Below, piece after piece: positions 25,526 through 39,377 of a stretch of DNA of 64,000 bases. A program made the position numbers and the translations under genes. The DNA comes from Octopus vulgaris. Lineage: Eukaryota. The stretch spans positions 20,708,001-20,772,000 of the forward strand of contig OX597833.1 in NCBI GenBank assembly GCA_951406725.2. The letters are read 5' to 3'. The notes beneath the pieces were generated by a model that ran no database searches, was not told the DNA's origin, and worked only from the letters and a program-made list of their open reading frames with translations. How positions within the stretch are numbered: position 1 is the first letter of the stretch; the number at the start of each line of letters is the position of its first letter.

Positions 25526-26611
25526 TTAAATAAACATTTTGATAATTTAATCTCTCAGTGTGTATCTCTTTTACTCTTTTACTTGTTTCAGTCATTTAAC
25601 TGTGGCCATGCTGGAGCACCGCCTTTAGTCAAGCAAATCAACCCCAGAACTTATTCTTTGTAAGCCTAGTACTTATTCTATCGGTCTCTTTTGCCAAACC
25701 GCTAAGTTACAAGGGCGTAAACACACCAGCATTGGTTGTCAAGCGATGTTGTGGGGACAAACACAGACACACAAACATATACATACGTATATATACATAT
25801 ATACGATGGGCTTCTTTCAGTTTCCCTCTACCAAATCCATTCATAAGGCTTTGGTCGGCCCGAGGCTATAGTAGAAGACACTTGCCCGAAGTGCCACGCA
25901 GTGGGACTGAACCTGGACCGATGTGGTTAGTAAGCAAGCTACTTACCACACAGCTACTCCTGCACCTGTACACTCACAATAACAATAATCATCATCATCA
26001 TCATTATTTAACATCCATGTTCAATGGAGATATGAGTTGGACAGTCTGATAGGATCTATCAGGACTAAAGACTAAAGACTGCATTACACTCCATTGTAAA
26101 CATATATGACACTTTATCAGTCTTTATGTTCTGAGTTCAAATTTTTTCAAGGTTAATAATGAGCATGAGGATGTCTACAGTAGTTTGCAAGCAAATAATT
26201 AAGTTGTCTCCCCTTGAATTTCCTGATGATGAGTATGAGCAACTACATAGTGATATAGTGGTTCACAAGGCGGCGAGCTAGCAGAAACGTTAGCACACTG
26301 GGTGAAATGCGTAGCCATATTCCTCTGCCGTTACGTTCTGAGTTCAAATTCCGCCGAGGTTGACTTTGCCTTTCATCCTTTCGGGGTCGATAAATTAAGT
26401 AGTTACGCACTGGGGTTGATATAATCGACTTAATCCGTTTGTCTGTCCTTGTTTGTCCTCTCTGTGTTTAGCCCCTAGTGGGCAGTAAAGAAATAGATAT
26501 AGTGGTTCACAAGGAAATAACTGGATTACGTACTGAGAATATCACATTATGAAAACAAAACAATAAAGCTAACTGCAAAGCAGAGAGTAAGAATATTGTT
26601 GGGTATCAAAC

Positions 26612-26863
26612 CTTGAGAATCATGAGGGCATTCTCCATGGTGAGATCATCGGAGGGTAAACCTTCTGACTTCCACTGTAACTGTTCACTTTCAGTGCTGA
26701 GGAATCGGCGGAGAGAAAATTGTTGGAGTCCAACCATATCCAGCCATTCTTTCAGCATCTTTTGTCGAATGTCCTCTGGTGTACTGGGAAGGTAGGTGAT
26801 GCATGCTGCTGAAAGGAGGGCATGTTTTGGTAGCTCTTTAGATTCGGTCTTCAGTTCTGAAAT
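26612..26863 (-). CDS. DYNC2H1: DYNC2H1 exon: ISELKTESKELPKHALLSAACITYL...FLSTESEQLQWKSEGLPSDDLTMENALMILK
   Basis: tttccag acceptor, gtttga donor, 252 nt, phase 0 to 0. Confidence 0.94.
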
Positions 26864-26898
26864 CTGGAAAATTAATAAATAATTATATATATATATAA

Positions 26899-26973
<75 letters not shown>

Positions 26974-27241
26974 CATGTGATCACGTGACCGACCAGACCA
27001 TCAGATGTTGCTACACATCACTGGTCACAATGCCTTCGCATTGTTTTAGCCTTCGAATGACGCCACCCTGCTGGCTAAGCGAGCAGGCCAACAGAAGAAA
27101 GAGTGAGAGAAAGAGTGGTGAAAGAGTACAGCAGGGATCACCCCCCCCCCTGCCGGAGCCTCACAACGCCCGGTCTGGGAATCGAAACCGCGATCCTACG
27201 ACCGCGAGTCCGCTGCCCTAACCACTCGGCCATTGCACCTC

Positions 27242-27277
<36 letters not shown>

Positions 27278-27514
27278 CACACACACACACAAATCAGAAT
27301 GCCATGTAAAAAGCATTGGTGTGGGTGTCGGCGCAATGTAAAAAGCACCCAGTACACTCTGTAGAGTGGTTGGCATTAGAAAGGGCATCCAGCAATAGAA
27401 ACCAAGCCAAAACAGAATATGGAACCTGGTGCAGCCGCTGGCCTTGCCAGGTCCTGTCAAGTCATCCAACCCATGCCAACATGGAAGACAGACATTAACT
27501 GATGATAATATACA

Positions 27515-27820
27515 CATATATTACACATTTGCACACTCACCACCACCACCACTGCCGCTGCCACCACCACCACCACCATCATGCACACATTTGCACACTC
27601 AACACTGTTGCTGCCACCCACCCCCATGTACACATTTGCACACTCACCACCACTGCCGCTGCCACCACCACCACCATCAGGCACACATTTGCACACTCAC
27701 CACCACTGCTGCTGCCACCACCACCACCAACAGGCACACATTTGCACACTCACCACCATCACCACTATCATGCACACATTTGCACAATCACTGCCACTGC
27801 CACCGCCACCACCATCATCA
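27515..27820. repeat. Minisatellite, about 6 units of cacacatttgcacactcaccaccac(tgc/cac)n
   Basis: Direct inspection. Confidence 0.85.
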
Positions 27821-28893
27821 ATATTATTAAACATCCATGTTCAATGGTGATATGAGTTGGACAGTCTGAGAGGATCCATCAGGACTGAAGACTGCATTAC
27901 ACTCCAGTGTCTACTTTGGAATGTTTTCTGTGATTTGATACCCTTTTTTAACACCAACCATATTACAACATGTACTGGGTGCTTTTTTTATGTAGCACCA
28001 ACACTAGTGAGGTCACCATGCAGATTGCAAGACTAAAATCTCTTTTTATTGAGTGAAGCTACAACAGAAAAAGGTGGCCTTATGCTAGGAGATGAGGGGT
28101 TTAGAGCATGTAAGAAGAGGCTGGAACAGAACAAGTTTCATGTGAAAGAGGAGCTAATAGCTACTCATATTATAGAAGAAAGGGTGGGAGTAACCATGAT
28201 GGAGCTGCAAAAAAAAAAAACAAAAAAAAAAACAGTGAATTAAGGCAATTCCTTAATTCACTGTACAGTTTCTGTCTTCCAAATTTCACTCACAAGACAT
28301 TGGTCAACATGAGGTCAAAGGTGACATTCAGTTGGATCAAATCCAAAACTACATCATCATCATTTTATATCCAAGTTCCATGCTGGCATGGGTAGGATGG
28401 TTTGACAGGAGCTGATGAGCAAGAGGACTACACCAAGCTCCAATTTCTGCTTTAGTATGGTTTGTATGGCTCGGTATCTTTCCTGATGCTAACCACTTCA
28501 CAGAGTGTACTGGGTGCTTTTTATGTAGCACCAGCACTAGTGAGGTCATTAAGTAATTCACAAGACAAAAATCTCCCTCAACTGGGTTAGGGAGTAGGGT
28601 GGAGGAAATTGGCTTTATACCTAATGATGAGAGGTTAAAGCATGATAGAAGGACAGGAACAAGTGTCTTGTTGAGGAGAGATGCATGGTTACTCCAGTTG
28701 GAAAAGAAAGAGGATGGGGGTCAAAATATGTTAGGGCATATGTATGTGAAGCAAAATTCTTCACCTCACTCAATTATCTGAGGAATTCAGAATAAAATCT
28801 AAAGAGCTGAAATAACCCAGCCATTGACAGAATTGATAACAATACAATAAGCTATAAACATGTTGATATCTTACTTACTTGCGCCCCCAAACA

Positions 28894-29111
28894 TATAGGG
28901 GGTACTAAAAAGTTCCTGGCTTTAAGGGTATTGCAAAAGGCCTGGTTTGAGGCCCAACCTTCCAAGTTCTTTTACAGGGTTTAGAAAAACTGAAGGACCG
29001 CTGCAATAAGTGTAAATCTGAGAGGGGGATACATTGGATAAAACCATAATTATCTGACCCTCCTATGTTTTCTTTTACCTAAAGCCAGGAACTTTTCAGC
29101 ACCTCCTTGTA
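28894..29111. mobile_element. mariner-derived MITE (~215 bp)
   Basis: TIR-like ends gggggtactaaaaagttcctggcttt / aaagccaggaacttttcagcacctcc. Copies at 29265-29984 (interrupted), 48889-49104 (inverted) and a fragment at ~9303-9360. Confidence 0.75.
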
Positions 29112-29318
29112 AGCAGGTAAAGCAAAATTCTTTACCCCACTCAATCGTCTGAGGAATTCAGAATAAAATATAAAAAGTTGAAATAACCCAGCCATTGACA
29201 GAATTGATTACAATACAATAAGCTATAAACATGCTGACATCGTACTTACTTGTTCACTCCAAAATACGAGGCAGTGGGGCTGAAAAGTTCCTGGCTTTAA
29301 GGATATTGTGAAAGGCCT

Positions 29319-29808
29319 CATCATCATCATTGTTCGACCGTGGTCGAGACAATGGAATTTACTATGTTATGCCAAACTTCATGGTCCATCATAGCATTAT
29401 GGAGGTCCTGTTGCTCAACGCCTGTATCCCTGGAGATTACATCAGGGTAGGAGAGTGTGCACCCTCTGGTATCACGAGCAGATGGCTTCCAGAGGAGAAG
29501 AGTAGAAATAACCTCGTTTTCAGCTCTACAACAATGTCCAGCAAACTGGACCCTTCTACCTTTGACAAGAGATAATACAGGTGGTAATTTCCCATATATT
29601 TGTACTTTGGTTGGATGACACTTCCACGAGAGATTTTGAGCTCTCATAAGGAGGTGAGTGTAAGTTCCATCCAACCGCCTCTCAAGCTTCTTTGATAACG
29701 TCCAGGTTTCTGAGCCATATAGTAGAATTGGTTTGACTGTGACTTTGAAGATTTTAAGTTTGAAATCTCTACTTAGATTTGATGACCAAATCTTATGCAT
29801 ATCATTAC
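29319..29808 (-). mobile_element. 5'-truncated RTE-clade LINE inserted in a MITE
   Basis: ORF 29327-29800 (LLYGSETWTL...FAGHC), (ATG)n tail, TSD aggcct at 29313-18 and 29809-14. Confidence 0.88.
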
Positions 29809-30214
29809 AGGCCTAGCTGGGGGCTCAACTTTCCAAGTTCTTTTACAGGGCTTAGAAAAACTGAAGGACTGCTGCAATAAGTGTGTGAATCTGAGAGGGG
29901 AATATGCTGAATAAAATCATAATTAATTGATTCTCCTGTATTTTCTTTTACCCAAAGCCAGGAACTTTTCAGAACCCTTTTGTATGTGAAAACTTGTAGG
30001 TGAAACAAAATTCTTAAAATTACTTGTAGGTGATTCAAAAATTACTTGTAGGTGATTCAAAAATTACTTGTAGGTGAAACGAAATTCTTAATCCCACTCA
30101 GTCATCTGAGGAATTCAGAATTAAATCTAAAGAGATAAGTTTTAACCAAGCCATTGGCAGAATCAGCAACAGTTACAATATAAAAAGCTATAAACATGTT
30201 GAGATCTTACTTAC

Positions 30215-30428
30215 TTGCTCATTCCAACGTTGATGTTCACCTTCTAGTTTTGTAACCAGAGTTTCAGCTGCTTGTATTGTTTCATTCTCCTTTTCTAGTT
30301 TGTGTTTCAGCTCCAGAGCTTCCCTTGTCAGAAGCTCAAAGTTTCCTTTTAGTTCAGCCACTTTGCTGTCCACGCTGTCCAGTTTGCTGCTCAACTGAAG
30401 TATACTGTCTTCAACATCATCCAGATTC
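30215..30428 (-). CDS. DYNC2H1: DYNC2H1 exon (stalk CC2): (R)NLDDVEDSILQL...ETIQAAETLVTKLEGEHQRWNEQ
   Basis: gtgacag acceptor, gtaagt donor, 214 nt, phase 2 to 0. Confidence 0.94.
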
Positions 30429-31752
30429 CTGTCACACACAATCAGACAAAGAAAACAAAAGGAAAGTGTGGGTGGTGTCAGTGGTGGTGCTGGAGGTATG
30501 AATAATACTGGCTTCAAATTTTGGCACAAAGCTAGCAAGTTCAGTAGGAGGGGGTAAGTCAATAACATTGACCCCTGTACACAACTGGTATGTACTTTAT
30601 CAACCCTGAAAGGGCAAAAATCAAAGTCGACCTCAGCAGAATTTGAACTCAGCATATGGAGACAGATGAAATGCGACTAAGCATTTTGCCTGGTGTGCTA
30701 ACAATTCTGCCAGTTTGCCACCTTATAAATAAATGAATAAATGAATAAATTCCAATATTTTAAATCCAGGTTTGTCCCCGTTAACGGGGGTGGCTGGATC
30801 TACCATACTCTTACAGCAACTGCTCTCACACCATCTCACCTGGTTTGGGGTGTCCTTTCTCCTCAAGCTAACCCTCCCAATCTCCTCTTCCACTTGTCCC
30901 CTTCACATTTTCTTTGGTCAACCTCATAATTAAATATTGGTTTAAAATTTTGGTACAAGGCCAGCAAGTTCAGGGGACAGAATAAGTCAATAACAACAAC
31001 CCCAGCGCTCAGTTAGTACTTATTTTATTGACCCCTGAAAGGATGAAAGCCAAAGTCGACCTTGGTGGAATTTGAACTCTGAACATAAGCGTTTCAGCTG
31101 GTGTGCTAACAATTCTACCAGCTTACTACCTTGGACATATTATTAACATTAACCCTTTAGTATGCACATTATTCTGTCAAATGCAATGCTTATTTATTCA
31201 CTTTGTCTTGAATTAATCATGCATTATCATGTAGCTTTGAGATTTTGATGAGGTAAATATTTATTTTTAGAATGATATTGTAGAGTTGGTGTGAGAGGCT
31301 AGATCTGCACAGTGTGATTGTAAAACATGTAGAATATTTTGGCTGGATAGGATATTTACAATAGGACAAAATTTATCATGTTTACTCTCAACCAAAGTAA
31401 GGCCTTATAACCTCACTACCTCCTCCTGGTCCAAACAAAAAAGAAAATGAATGGACCTTATGGAAGGGGTCTCTAACAAACCAGCCTCTGAATCCACAAA
31501 AAAAAAGAAAAAAGTGAATCTTTTTCTAAAGGGTTAAAAATTTCAGGATATATTTCTAAGATAGTCTGGTTTGATGGGGATGAGATGTTTCAACTCGGCT
31601 GTTTTGGCACAACCTTTTTGGTACAGCCATTTTACTCATTTACTCATTTACTTGTTTCAGTCATTTGACTGCGGCCATGCTGGAGCACCACCTACTACTT
31701 ATTTGATATCTTTAATTCAACACTGACTTATTTGACAACAGACATTTCAATA

Positions 31753-31882
31753 CTTCTCTCTGGCAGAATCATAAACCATACATTTTAATTCTTCTCTCTG
31801 GCAGAATCATAAACCATACATTTTAATTCTTCTCTCTGGCAGAATCATAAACCATACATTTTAATTCTTCTTTCTGGCAGAG
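31753..31882. repeat. 38-bp tandem repeat, about 3.4 copies
   Basis: Unit cttctctctggcagaatcataaaccatacattttaatt. Confidence 0.95.
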
Positions 31883-32826
31883 TTATTAGCACCTCAGGAA
31901 AATGCTTAGCAAAATTTCTTCAGGTTCTCTACATTCTGTGTTCAAATTCCAGCAAAGTAGACTTTGCCTTCCATGCTTTGGGGGTTGATAAAATAACCCC
32001 AGTCAAGTACTGGAGTTGATGTAATCAACATGTTCCCTTGCTCTTAAAAAAATTGCTCACCTTGTGCCAAAATTAGAAAGAATTTTAATGTTTCACTTGT
32101 CTTCACTCCCCACCTCTGTCTGTGTGTTTATGCATGTGAGCATCTAGTTATGTTAACATGTATGCGTGATGTCTCTCTCTTTCTTAATCCCTCTATGTGT
32201 AAATTTCTTCACTTACTTGCATTTCTGTGTGTGCATGTGTGTGTTTCTGTGCATGTATGCATTTCTCTAAGTGTGCATTCTTTTATTCTTATAGTTGTTT
32301 GTTATTTGACTGTGGTCATGCTAGAGCACTACCTGAAAGGGTTTTTTAGTCGAAGGAATCGATTCCAGGACTTATTCTTTGGTCTCTTTTGCTGAACTGC
32401 TAAGTTACAGGGATGTCAAGTGATAATGGGGGAGACAAATACAGACACAGAGGCACAAACACACACACACATACAAATATATACATACATACTTAGAATT
32501 TACAAAAAGACAAAGATAGGTGTATAAACAACAAACAGGTGTATTAGTTTAACGCTCGGGAAAGTGAGAAAGTCTTTTATGTTTTGAGCCTACGTTCTTA
32601 AACAGAAAGGAACACAAGAAAATATACAGAGATAGAATAAAAAAAGCTTTAGGTCAATCATGGCATACATACATACATACATATATATACATACACACAC
32701 ATACATATGCTCATATATATATACATATATATATACACACACATACATATATACATGTATATATATATTATATATATATATATATACACATGCATACATA
32801 TATATACACATACACACATATGCACA

Positions 32827-32857
<31 letters not shown>

Positions 32858-34124
32858 GTATGTATATATATATGATGGGCTTCTTTCAGTTTCTGTCTAC
32901 CAAATCCAGTCACAAGGCTTTGTTCAGCCTGAGGCTATAGTAGAAGACACTTGCCCAAAGTGCCATGCAGTGGGACTGAACCTGGAACCATGTGGTTGGG
33001 AAGTAAGCTTCTTATCACACAGCATGCATGTATCTCTATGTACCTGTTAGTGTATTTGCTTCCTGTGTCAAAACATACTCTCACCAAAACAGGCTGACTG
33101 TCCCGGTCAGCCATGCCTAATTGTCTCATTCCATGGTTTGAAAAGGATTTGACTGCTATTTCTTGCATATCGAGCAACCATGTAGAAGCACTGATGTTGG
33201 CTTATTTCACATGAGAATGTACTTGTGTATGGAATACATTTACTATGCTGATTGGAACAGTAGAGCCAGGAATATTTCAAGCAGTTGGCACAACATTTTC
33301 AAAAGATTTATGCAATTGGTCAGTAACATTATCAAACCAAGCAGTAACTGCATTTATAACAATTTCTAGCAATCTCTATGACCAGTGGTGTTAAGAGCTC
33401 TTCAACTGACCACTACTGAAGGTGAATTTAATTAACGTTCAGAAGTAGAGATAATGCAGGAACTTTCACACTGCCATGCGTACAATTATCGGATGAAGAA
33501 ATGTCTTTTATACAAGCGCCTAGGAACTTGAAGTTGTTGAATGGACATCAAGCACACAAACGTAAATGAAAGCAAAGTCAAAATTACCCAGGAATGAGAT
33601 TGAACGATCATTCTGTAACATCCAATGAAAAAAACAGAATAAAAGAAGGACAACCAATAAGTTGTCGTCGTTGCTGCTGTCGACATCATCATCATCATTT
33701 AACAACCATGTTCCATACTGGCATGGATTGTCTGCTTTGGAATGGTTTCTAATGCTGGATGCCCTTCCTAATGCCAACCACTTTACAATGTGTGCAGTGT
33801 GCTTTTTTTCATGGCACCAACACTAGTGAGTTTATCATGCAGCTTGCAAGACTAAGAAAAAAATAAGATTGCTAATTAAAACAGAAAAAGACAGAAAAAT
33901 TCTCATAACTTTACTCTTTTACTCATTTCAGTCAGTTGACTGTGACCATGCTGGAGCACTGCCTTTAGTCGAGCAAATCGACCCCAGGACTTATTCTTTG
34001 TAAGCCTAGTACTTATTCTATTGGTCTCCTTTGCCAAACCACTAAGTTATGGGGATGTAAACACACCACCATCGGTTGTCAAGCAATGTTGGGGGAACAA
34101 ACACAGACATACAAACATATACAC

Positions 34125-34157
<33 letters not shown>

Positions 34158-34361
34158 CATATACGACGGGCTTCTTTCAGTTTCCGTCTACCAAATCCAC
34201 TCACAAGGCATTGGTCGACCCGAGGCTATAGTAGAAGACACTTGCCCAAGGTGCCACGCAGTGGGACTGAACCCAGAACCATGCGATTCATAAGCAAGCT
34301 ACTTACCACACAGCCACTCCAACGCCTATGCGAAAAAAAAAAAGCAGAAAAATTCTCATAC

Positions 34362-34483
34362 CTTTGCAGTTGTGCCTGTTCTGCTTCTAAAGGTTCAATT
34401 TTCTGTAGAACATAGGAGAACTTTAGATTGGCTTTCACCCAAACAGCAAGGGATTCTACAGCAACCGATGCTCGCCTTGCATT
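34362..34483 (-). CDS. DYNC2H1: DYNC2H1 exon (MTBD/CC2): NARRASVAVESLAVWVKANLKFSYVLQKIEPLEAEQAQLQ
   Basis: atttcag acceptor, gtatga donor, 122 nt, phase 0 to 2. Confidence 0.94.
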
Positions 34484-35603
34484 CTGAAATAGAGGTGGAG
34501 AGTTGGAAATAGAAAATAAAACAATTTTAAAGCAAGCCCAGTTACTAAGAAAGAAAACAATAGTGATTTCTGCAATACCTCTACCCTCATAAAATGCCAG
34601 ATGTAAGGACTTTATTCCAATAATCTAGACCCTTGTATCTAACTTTACCATCCACCTGGGCTCCTGAGCAAATAGTAAATAGTTGCATATACAGCTCAAG
34701 AGTAACAATTGCATGCAAATTAATGGACAGATTCACAAAGAAAAAAGGCAACAAATTCAGGAAAATGACAATGATAAGCCTGTCTCACAACTACCTTATT
34801 TGTTTACCCGAATTACTACTTTCTTCATCATTTTCACCAGTTTGATTGTCCAAATCACTTTCATTGTCTACGAAAGGTTTAACTCTTCCTCCAAAGAATA
34901 AATGTCATCAATAACTCCCTCAACTGCAAAAAACTGGGTCATGGCTCATTTACAAGACAAAGTGCTATACCCCCCACATACTCAATTTCATCACAAAAGC
35001 ATTTTTTTATTTTATTAAAGACAAAGTAATCAATAACTATGAGAACACCATTAACAATGAACCATAAATATATTTGATTGCAAAGCTGCAACATGATCAG
35101 ATACTCTTTCATTTGTTTCAGTCATTTGACTGTGGTCATGCTGGAGCACCGCCTTTAGTCAAACAAATCGACTTCAGGACTTATTCTTTGTAATACAGCT
35201 CTATATTTAAGAGATGAGGAATTATGTACGTTGTTTACATTCAACGGATATTTGTCCTCATCTTGTTTGTTGTTAACACAACCTTTCAGCTGATATACCC
35301 TCCAGGCTTCATCAGGTGTCTTGGGGAAATTTTGAACCTGGGTTCTCATTTCTAAGGTATTTTTTGATGTTATTATTGTTAACATGGATGTTAAATGATG
35401 CTGATGTACATTCATTAGAAAAAAAAAAGTGCATACACACACACATGTGAAAGTGAGGGCCTTCAGGATATCCTCAAAGAGAGAAGATGAAAATGGATAA
35501 ATGAAGGAAGAGGCCTTGAGAAAAAGGATCAGAAAGATATGAAGGAGATACTGGTAGTTGTGATGATGATGATGATGATGAAAATAAAGCTGCTGTGGTT
35601 TAC

Positions 35604-35727
35604 CTTTGCTTCAAATGCATCCTTATTTTTCCTCAGAAGTTCTTCTACGACATTCCTGATGTCAGGAGTGATCCTACGAGCATTGAATGATTGGATGTCT
35701 TTCTCCACTCCTCTTTTCCCTAAAAAG
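35604..35727 (-). CDS. DYNC2H1: DYNC2H1 exon (MTBD): (S)FLGKRGVEKDIQSFNARRITPDIRNVVEELLRKNKDAFEAK
   Basis: tcatcag acceptor, gtaaac donor, 124 nt, phase 2 to 0. Confidence 0.94.
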
Positions 35728-36712
35728 CTGATGACAAAATGAGAACATGCATATAGATTATTAACAATATATGTGTCAGTGTGTGTATGTATGTGTGTAT
35801 ATGTGTGTGTGCATTTGTGTGTGTGCATTTGTGTATGTGTGTGTGACAAGATAGGTTTGTTTGATGAGCCTACAAAGCTATAAGTTGCATGGAGCTGAGT
35901 CAAACAGTTAAATGTGATCGTTACCAGCATCGCCTTACTGGCACTTGTGCTGGTGGCACATGAAAAAATTCGAGTGAGGTCATTGTCAGTGCTGCTGGAC
36001 TGGCTCCTGTGCAGGTGGCACAGTACTGCCTGACTGGCCCTCATGCTGTTGCCAGTACTGCCTGACTGGCCCTCATGCTGGTGGCATGTAAAAGCACCCA
36101 CTACACTCTTGGAGAAGTTGGTGTTAGGAAGGGCATCCAGCTGTAGAAACTCTGCCAGATCAGATTAGAGCCTAGTGCAGCCATCTGGTTCACCTGTCCT
36201 CAGTCAAACCGTCCAACCCATACTAGCATGGAAAGCAGACATTAAACGATGACGATGATGATGTAAATGATGATGATGATATATATATATTTATATATCA
36301 TCATCATCATAATCATTTAATGTCTGTTTTCCATACTGGGATGGTTTGGATGGTCTGATAGGAGCTAGCAAGTCTGAAGACTGCCAAGCTCCAATATCTG
36401 CTTTGGCATGGTTTCTATGGCTTGATGCCTTTCGTAACACCAATATCCTTTCTATATATACATATATATATATATATTGATAAAAATGGTAAGACAACAA
36501 AATAAAGAAAAAGACCTCGATATTATGTAAATAGAGGAATTTATCTGTAAATGTAATGTGTGACAATTATCGGTAGCCATGATAAAACTCTGAGTTTTAG
36601 ATGCTGAGGTGGAAAACCATGCTGCCATCTCTTCAGTGGTTTTCCACCTCGGCATCTGAAACTCGGAGTTTTATCATGGCTACCAAATAATTGCTACATA
36701 TTACATTTACAG

Positions 36713-36749
<37 letters not shown>

Positions 36750-36915
36750 AAGTGAATGTTAAAATTACAATGAGAATGATGGTGCTGGAAATCCTGTAGA
36801 TATTATCTTCAGGTACATCAGTTATGTAGGATGGGCTACAACTTGATAATGGTATTCCTCTAATTAAATTATCAAATAAACAAAACATGATTAAGAAAAT
36901 AATTGTCGCACTAAC

Positions 36916-37190
36916 CTTTTCATACTAACCCAAGATGTATCGTAAATTCCCATAATACAGAGCACTGCTTCAAGAATGCAGCGAATAGTGTTTGGTGGTG
37001 CTCGCAACGAACGGATTTCAGACAATGCTTCACTCTGAATGCTGCCAACAGCTTTTTTAGCTTCGTTCACGAGGGGTTCAATCTCGGCTAGTTCAGCATC
37101 GATTTTCTTCTTGCGTGACTCAAGGTTCTGGTTTTCTTGTGTCGCCTTCTGCTTTAAAATAACCATCTCGTTTTTCTGATCTCCAGCATC
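36916..37190 (-). CDS. DYNC2H1: DYNC2H1 exon (CC1/MTBD): DAGDQKNEM...[30 protein letters not shown]...[12 protein letters not shown]
   Basis: ggttcag acceptor, gttagt donor, 275 nt, phase 0 to 2. Confidence 0.95.
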
Positions 37191-38611
37191 CTGAACCGAG
37201 GAAAAAGTAACTGAATTATATTTTATACTGAAACAGCTTTCCATCTTGCTATTTTGCATTATTTCGTTAGAGTGGGTTGGAAGGTTGTGCAAATTTAGAT
37301 AACTTTCATGATTTGAAAATCTAAAAGATTATCTGAATTTAGTCAAATTAAACCATGCGTATGTTACAGTAGTGGTTGTTTAATCCCAAGTCAGCCGTCT
37401 TCACCCATTCTACCTTTAAATTTCCCTGCATTATGATTTGAAATGTTAGATTTCTATCTCTCTATCCTGAAGATAAAGCCTGAATTTACCCAATGTTTTT
37501 ATGGTTCCACAATTGGTTGCATATCCTTGACTTTTGCAAACTACATCTGCCAATACTATGACATAATTCTAAGCCCCCAGAAACAGCTGTCAGACCTGTA
37601 ATAACATATCTTCTTCTCTTAATTTTTTTGTGTCTTTCTACTCTGTGTAAGCCTGCCCTGTTAATATATAAATATTTATACATAAATGCTCATTATCTGA
37701 ATGTTTTCATTGCTTTCTATCTATTTACATGTCTCTTTACTCTTTTACTTATTTCAGTCATTTGACTGTGGCCATGCTGGAGCACCACATTTAGTCGAGC
37801 AAATCAACTCCAGGACTTATTCTTTGGAAGTCTAGTACTTATCTACAGGTCTCTTTTGCTGAACATCTAAGTTATGGGGACGTAAACACACCACCATCGG
37901 TTGTTAAGCGGTCGGGAGACAAACACAGACAAACATATACACACACATACATATGCAATAAGCTCGGTCCTTATTCTATCAGTCTCTTTTGCTGAACCAT
38001 TAAGTTACGGGGACATAAGCACACTAAAATCGATTGTCAAGCAAAGTTGAGGGGGACAAACACAGACACACAAACATATACATACATATATGATGGGCTT
38101 CTTTTAGTTTCCATCTACTAAATCCACTCACAAGGCTTTGATTGGTCCGAGGCTATAGTAGAAGACATTTGCCCAAGGTGCCATGCAGTGGGACTGAACC
38201 TGGAACCATGTGGTTGGGGAGCAAGTTACTTACCACACAGCCATGCCTGTGCCTATGAAAAGTCATACGCTCACAGAGGGACACAAACCCGAGACCCTCA
38301 GATTACTTCTAAGGTTGACCTATAAAAGTCTGATGCGCTACCAACATACATATATGTGTGTGTGTGTGCATATATATATGTAGATATATATATGTGTGTG
38401 TATACATATATACTCTTTTATTTGTTTCAGTCATTTGACTGTGACCATGCTGGAGCACCACCTTTAGTCAAGCAAATAGACCTCAGGACTTATTCTTTGT
38501 AAGCCTAGTACTTATTCTATCGGTCTCTTTTGCCAAACCACTATGTTATGGGGATGTAAACACACCACCATCAGTTGTCAAGCGATGTTGGGGGACAAAT
38601 ACAGACACACA

Positions 38612-38659
<48 letters not shown>

Positions 38660-39239
38660 AATATATACATATACATATACATATATACGATGGGCTTCTT
38701 TCAGTTTCCATCTACCAAATCCACTCACAAGACTTTGGTCGGCCCGAGACTATAGTAGAAGACACTTGCCCAAAGTGCCCAGAACCATGTGGTTGGTAAG
38801 GAAGCTACCTACGACCCAGCCACTCCTGCGCCTATCTATATATATGTGTGTGTGTACGTGTGTGTGTGTGTGTATATATATATATCTACTGCTGTGCTTG
38901 AGGAGACCTATTGAGTCAAGTACATCAACATCAAAATAAAAATCAAATGGAAATTGTAGTTGTGATACTCGTGCTGGTGGCACGTAAAAAGCACCATCCA
39001 AATGTGGCCAATGCCAGCGCCACCTTAACTGGTATCCATGCCGGTGACACGTAAACAGCACCAACTGATCATGGCCATTTGCCAGCCTCCTGTGCTGGTA
39101 GCACGTAAAAAAGCACCCACTACACTCATGGAGTGGTTGGCGTTAGGAAGGACATCCAGCTGTAGAAACACTACCAGATCAGACTGGAGCCTGGTGCAAC
39201 GATGATGATGATGATATATATATGTATATATGTACTTAC

Positions 39240-39377
39240 CACCATACTTTTAGTGATTTCTTTCAGTGCAGCATCTGCTTGGGATTGCTTCTCAACCAAA
39301 AGCTGGCTTTGAGTGGCTGCTTTTGCCTTCAGTTCAGCAACTAACTCCTTAGCCTCGTTCAGCTTGGACACACCAGC
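39240..39377 (-). CDS. DYNC2H1: DYNC2H1 exon (stalk CC1): AGVSKLNEAKELVAELKAKAATQSQLLVEKQSQADAALKEITKSMV
   Basis: tctctag acceptor, gtaagt donor, 138 nt, phase 0 to 0. Confidence 0.95.

Noticed and set aside
33020-33550. Non-repetitive block possibly coding
   Set aside because: No sustained frame or recognisable motif; probably an old TE relic that I cannot classify.
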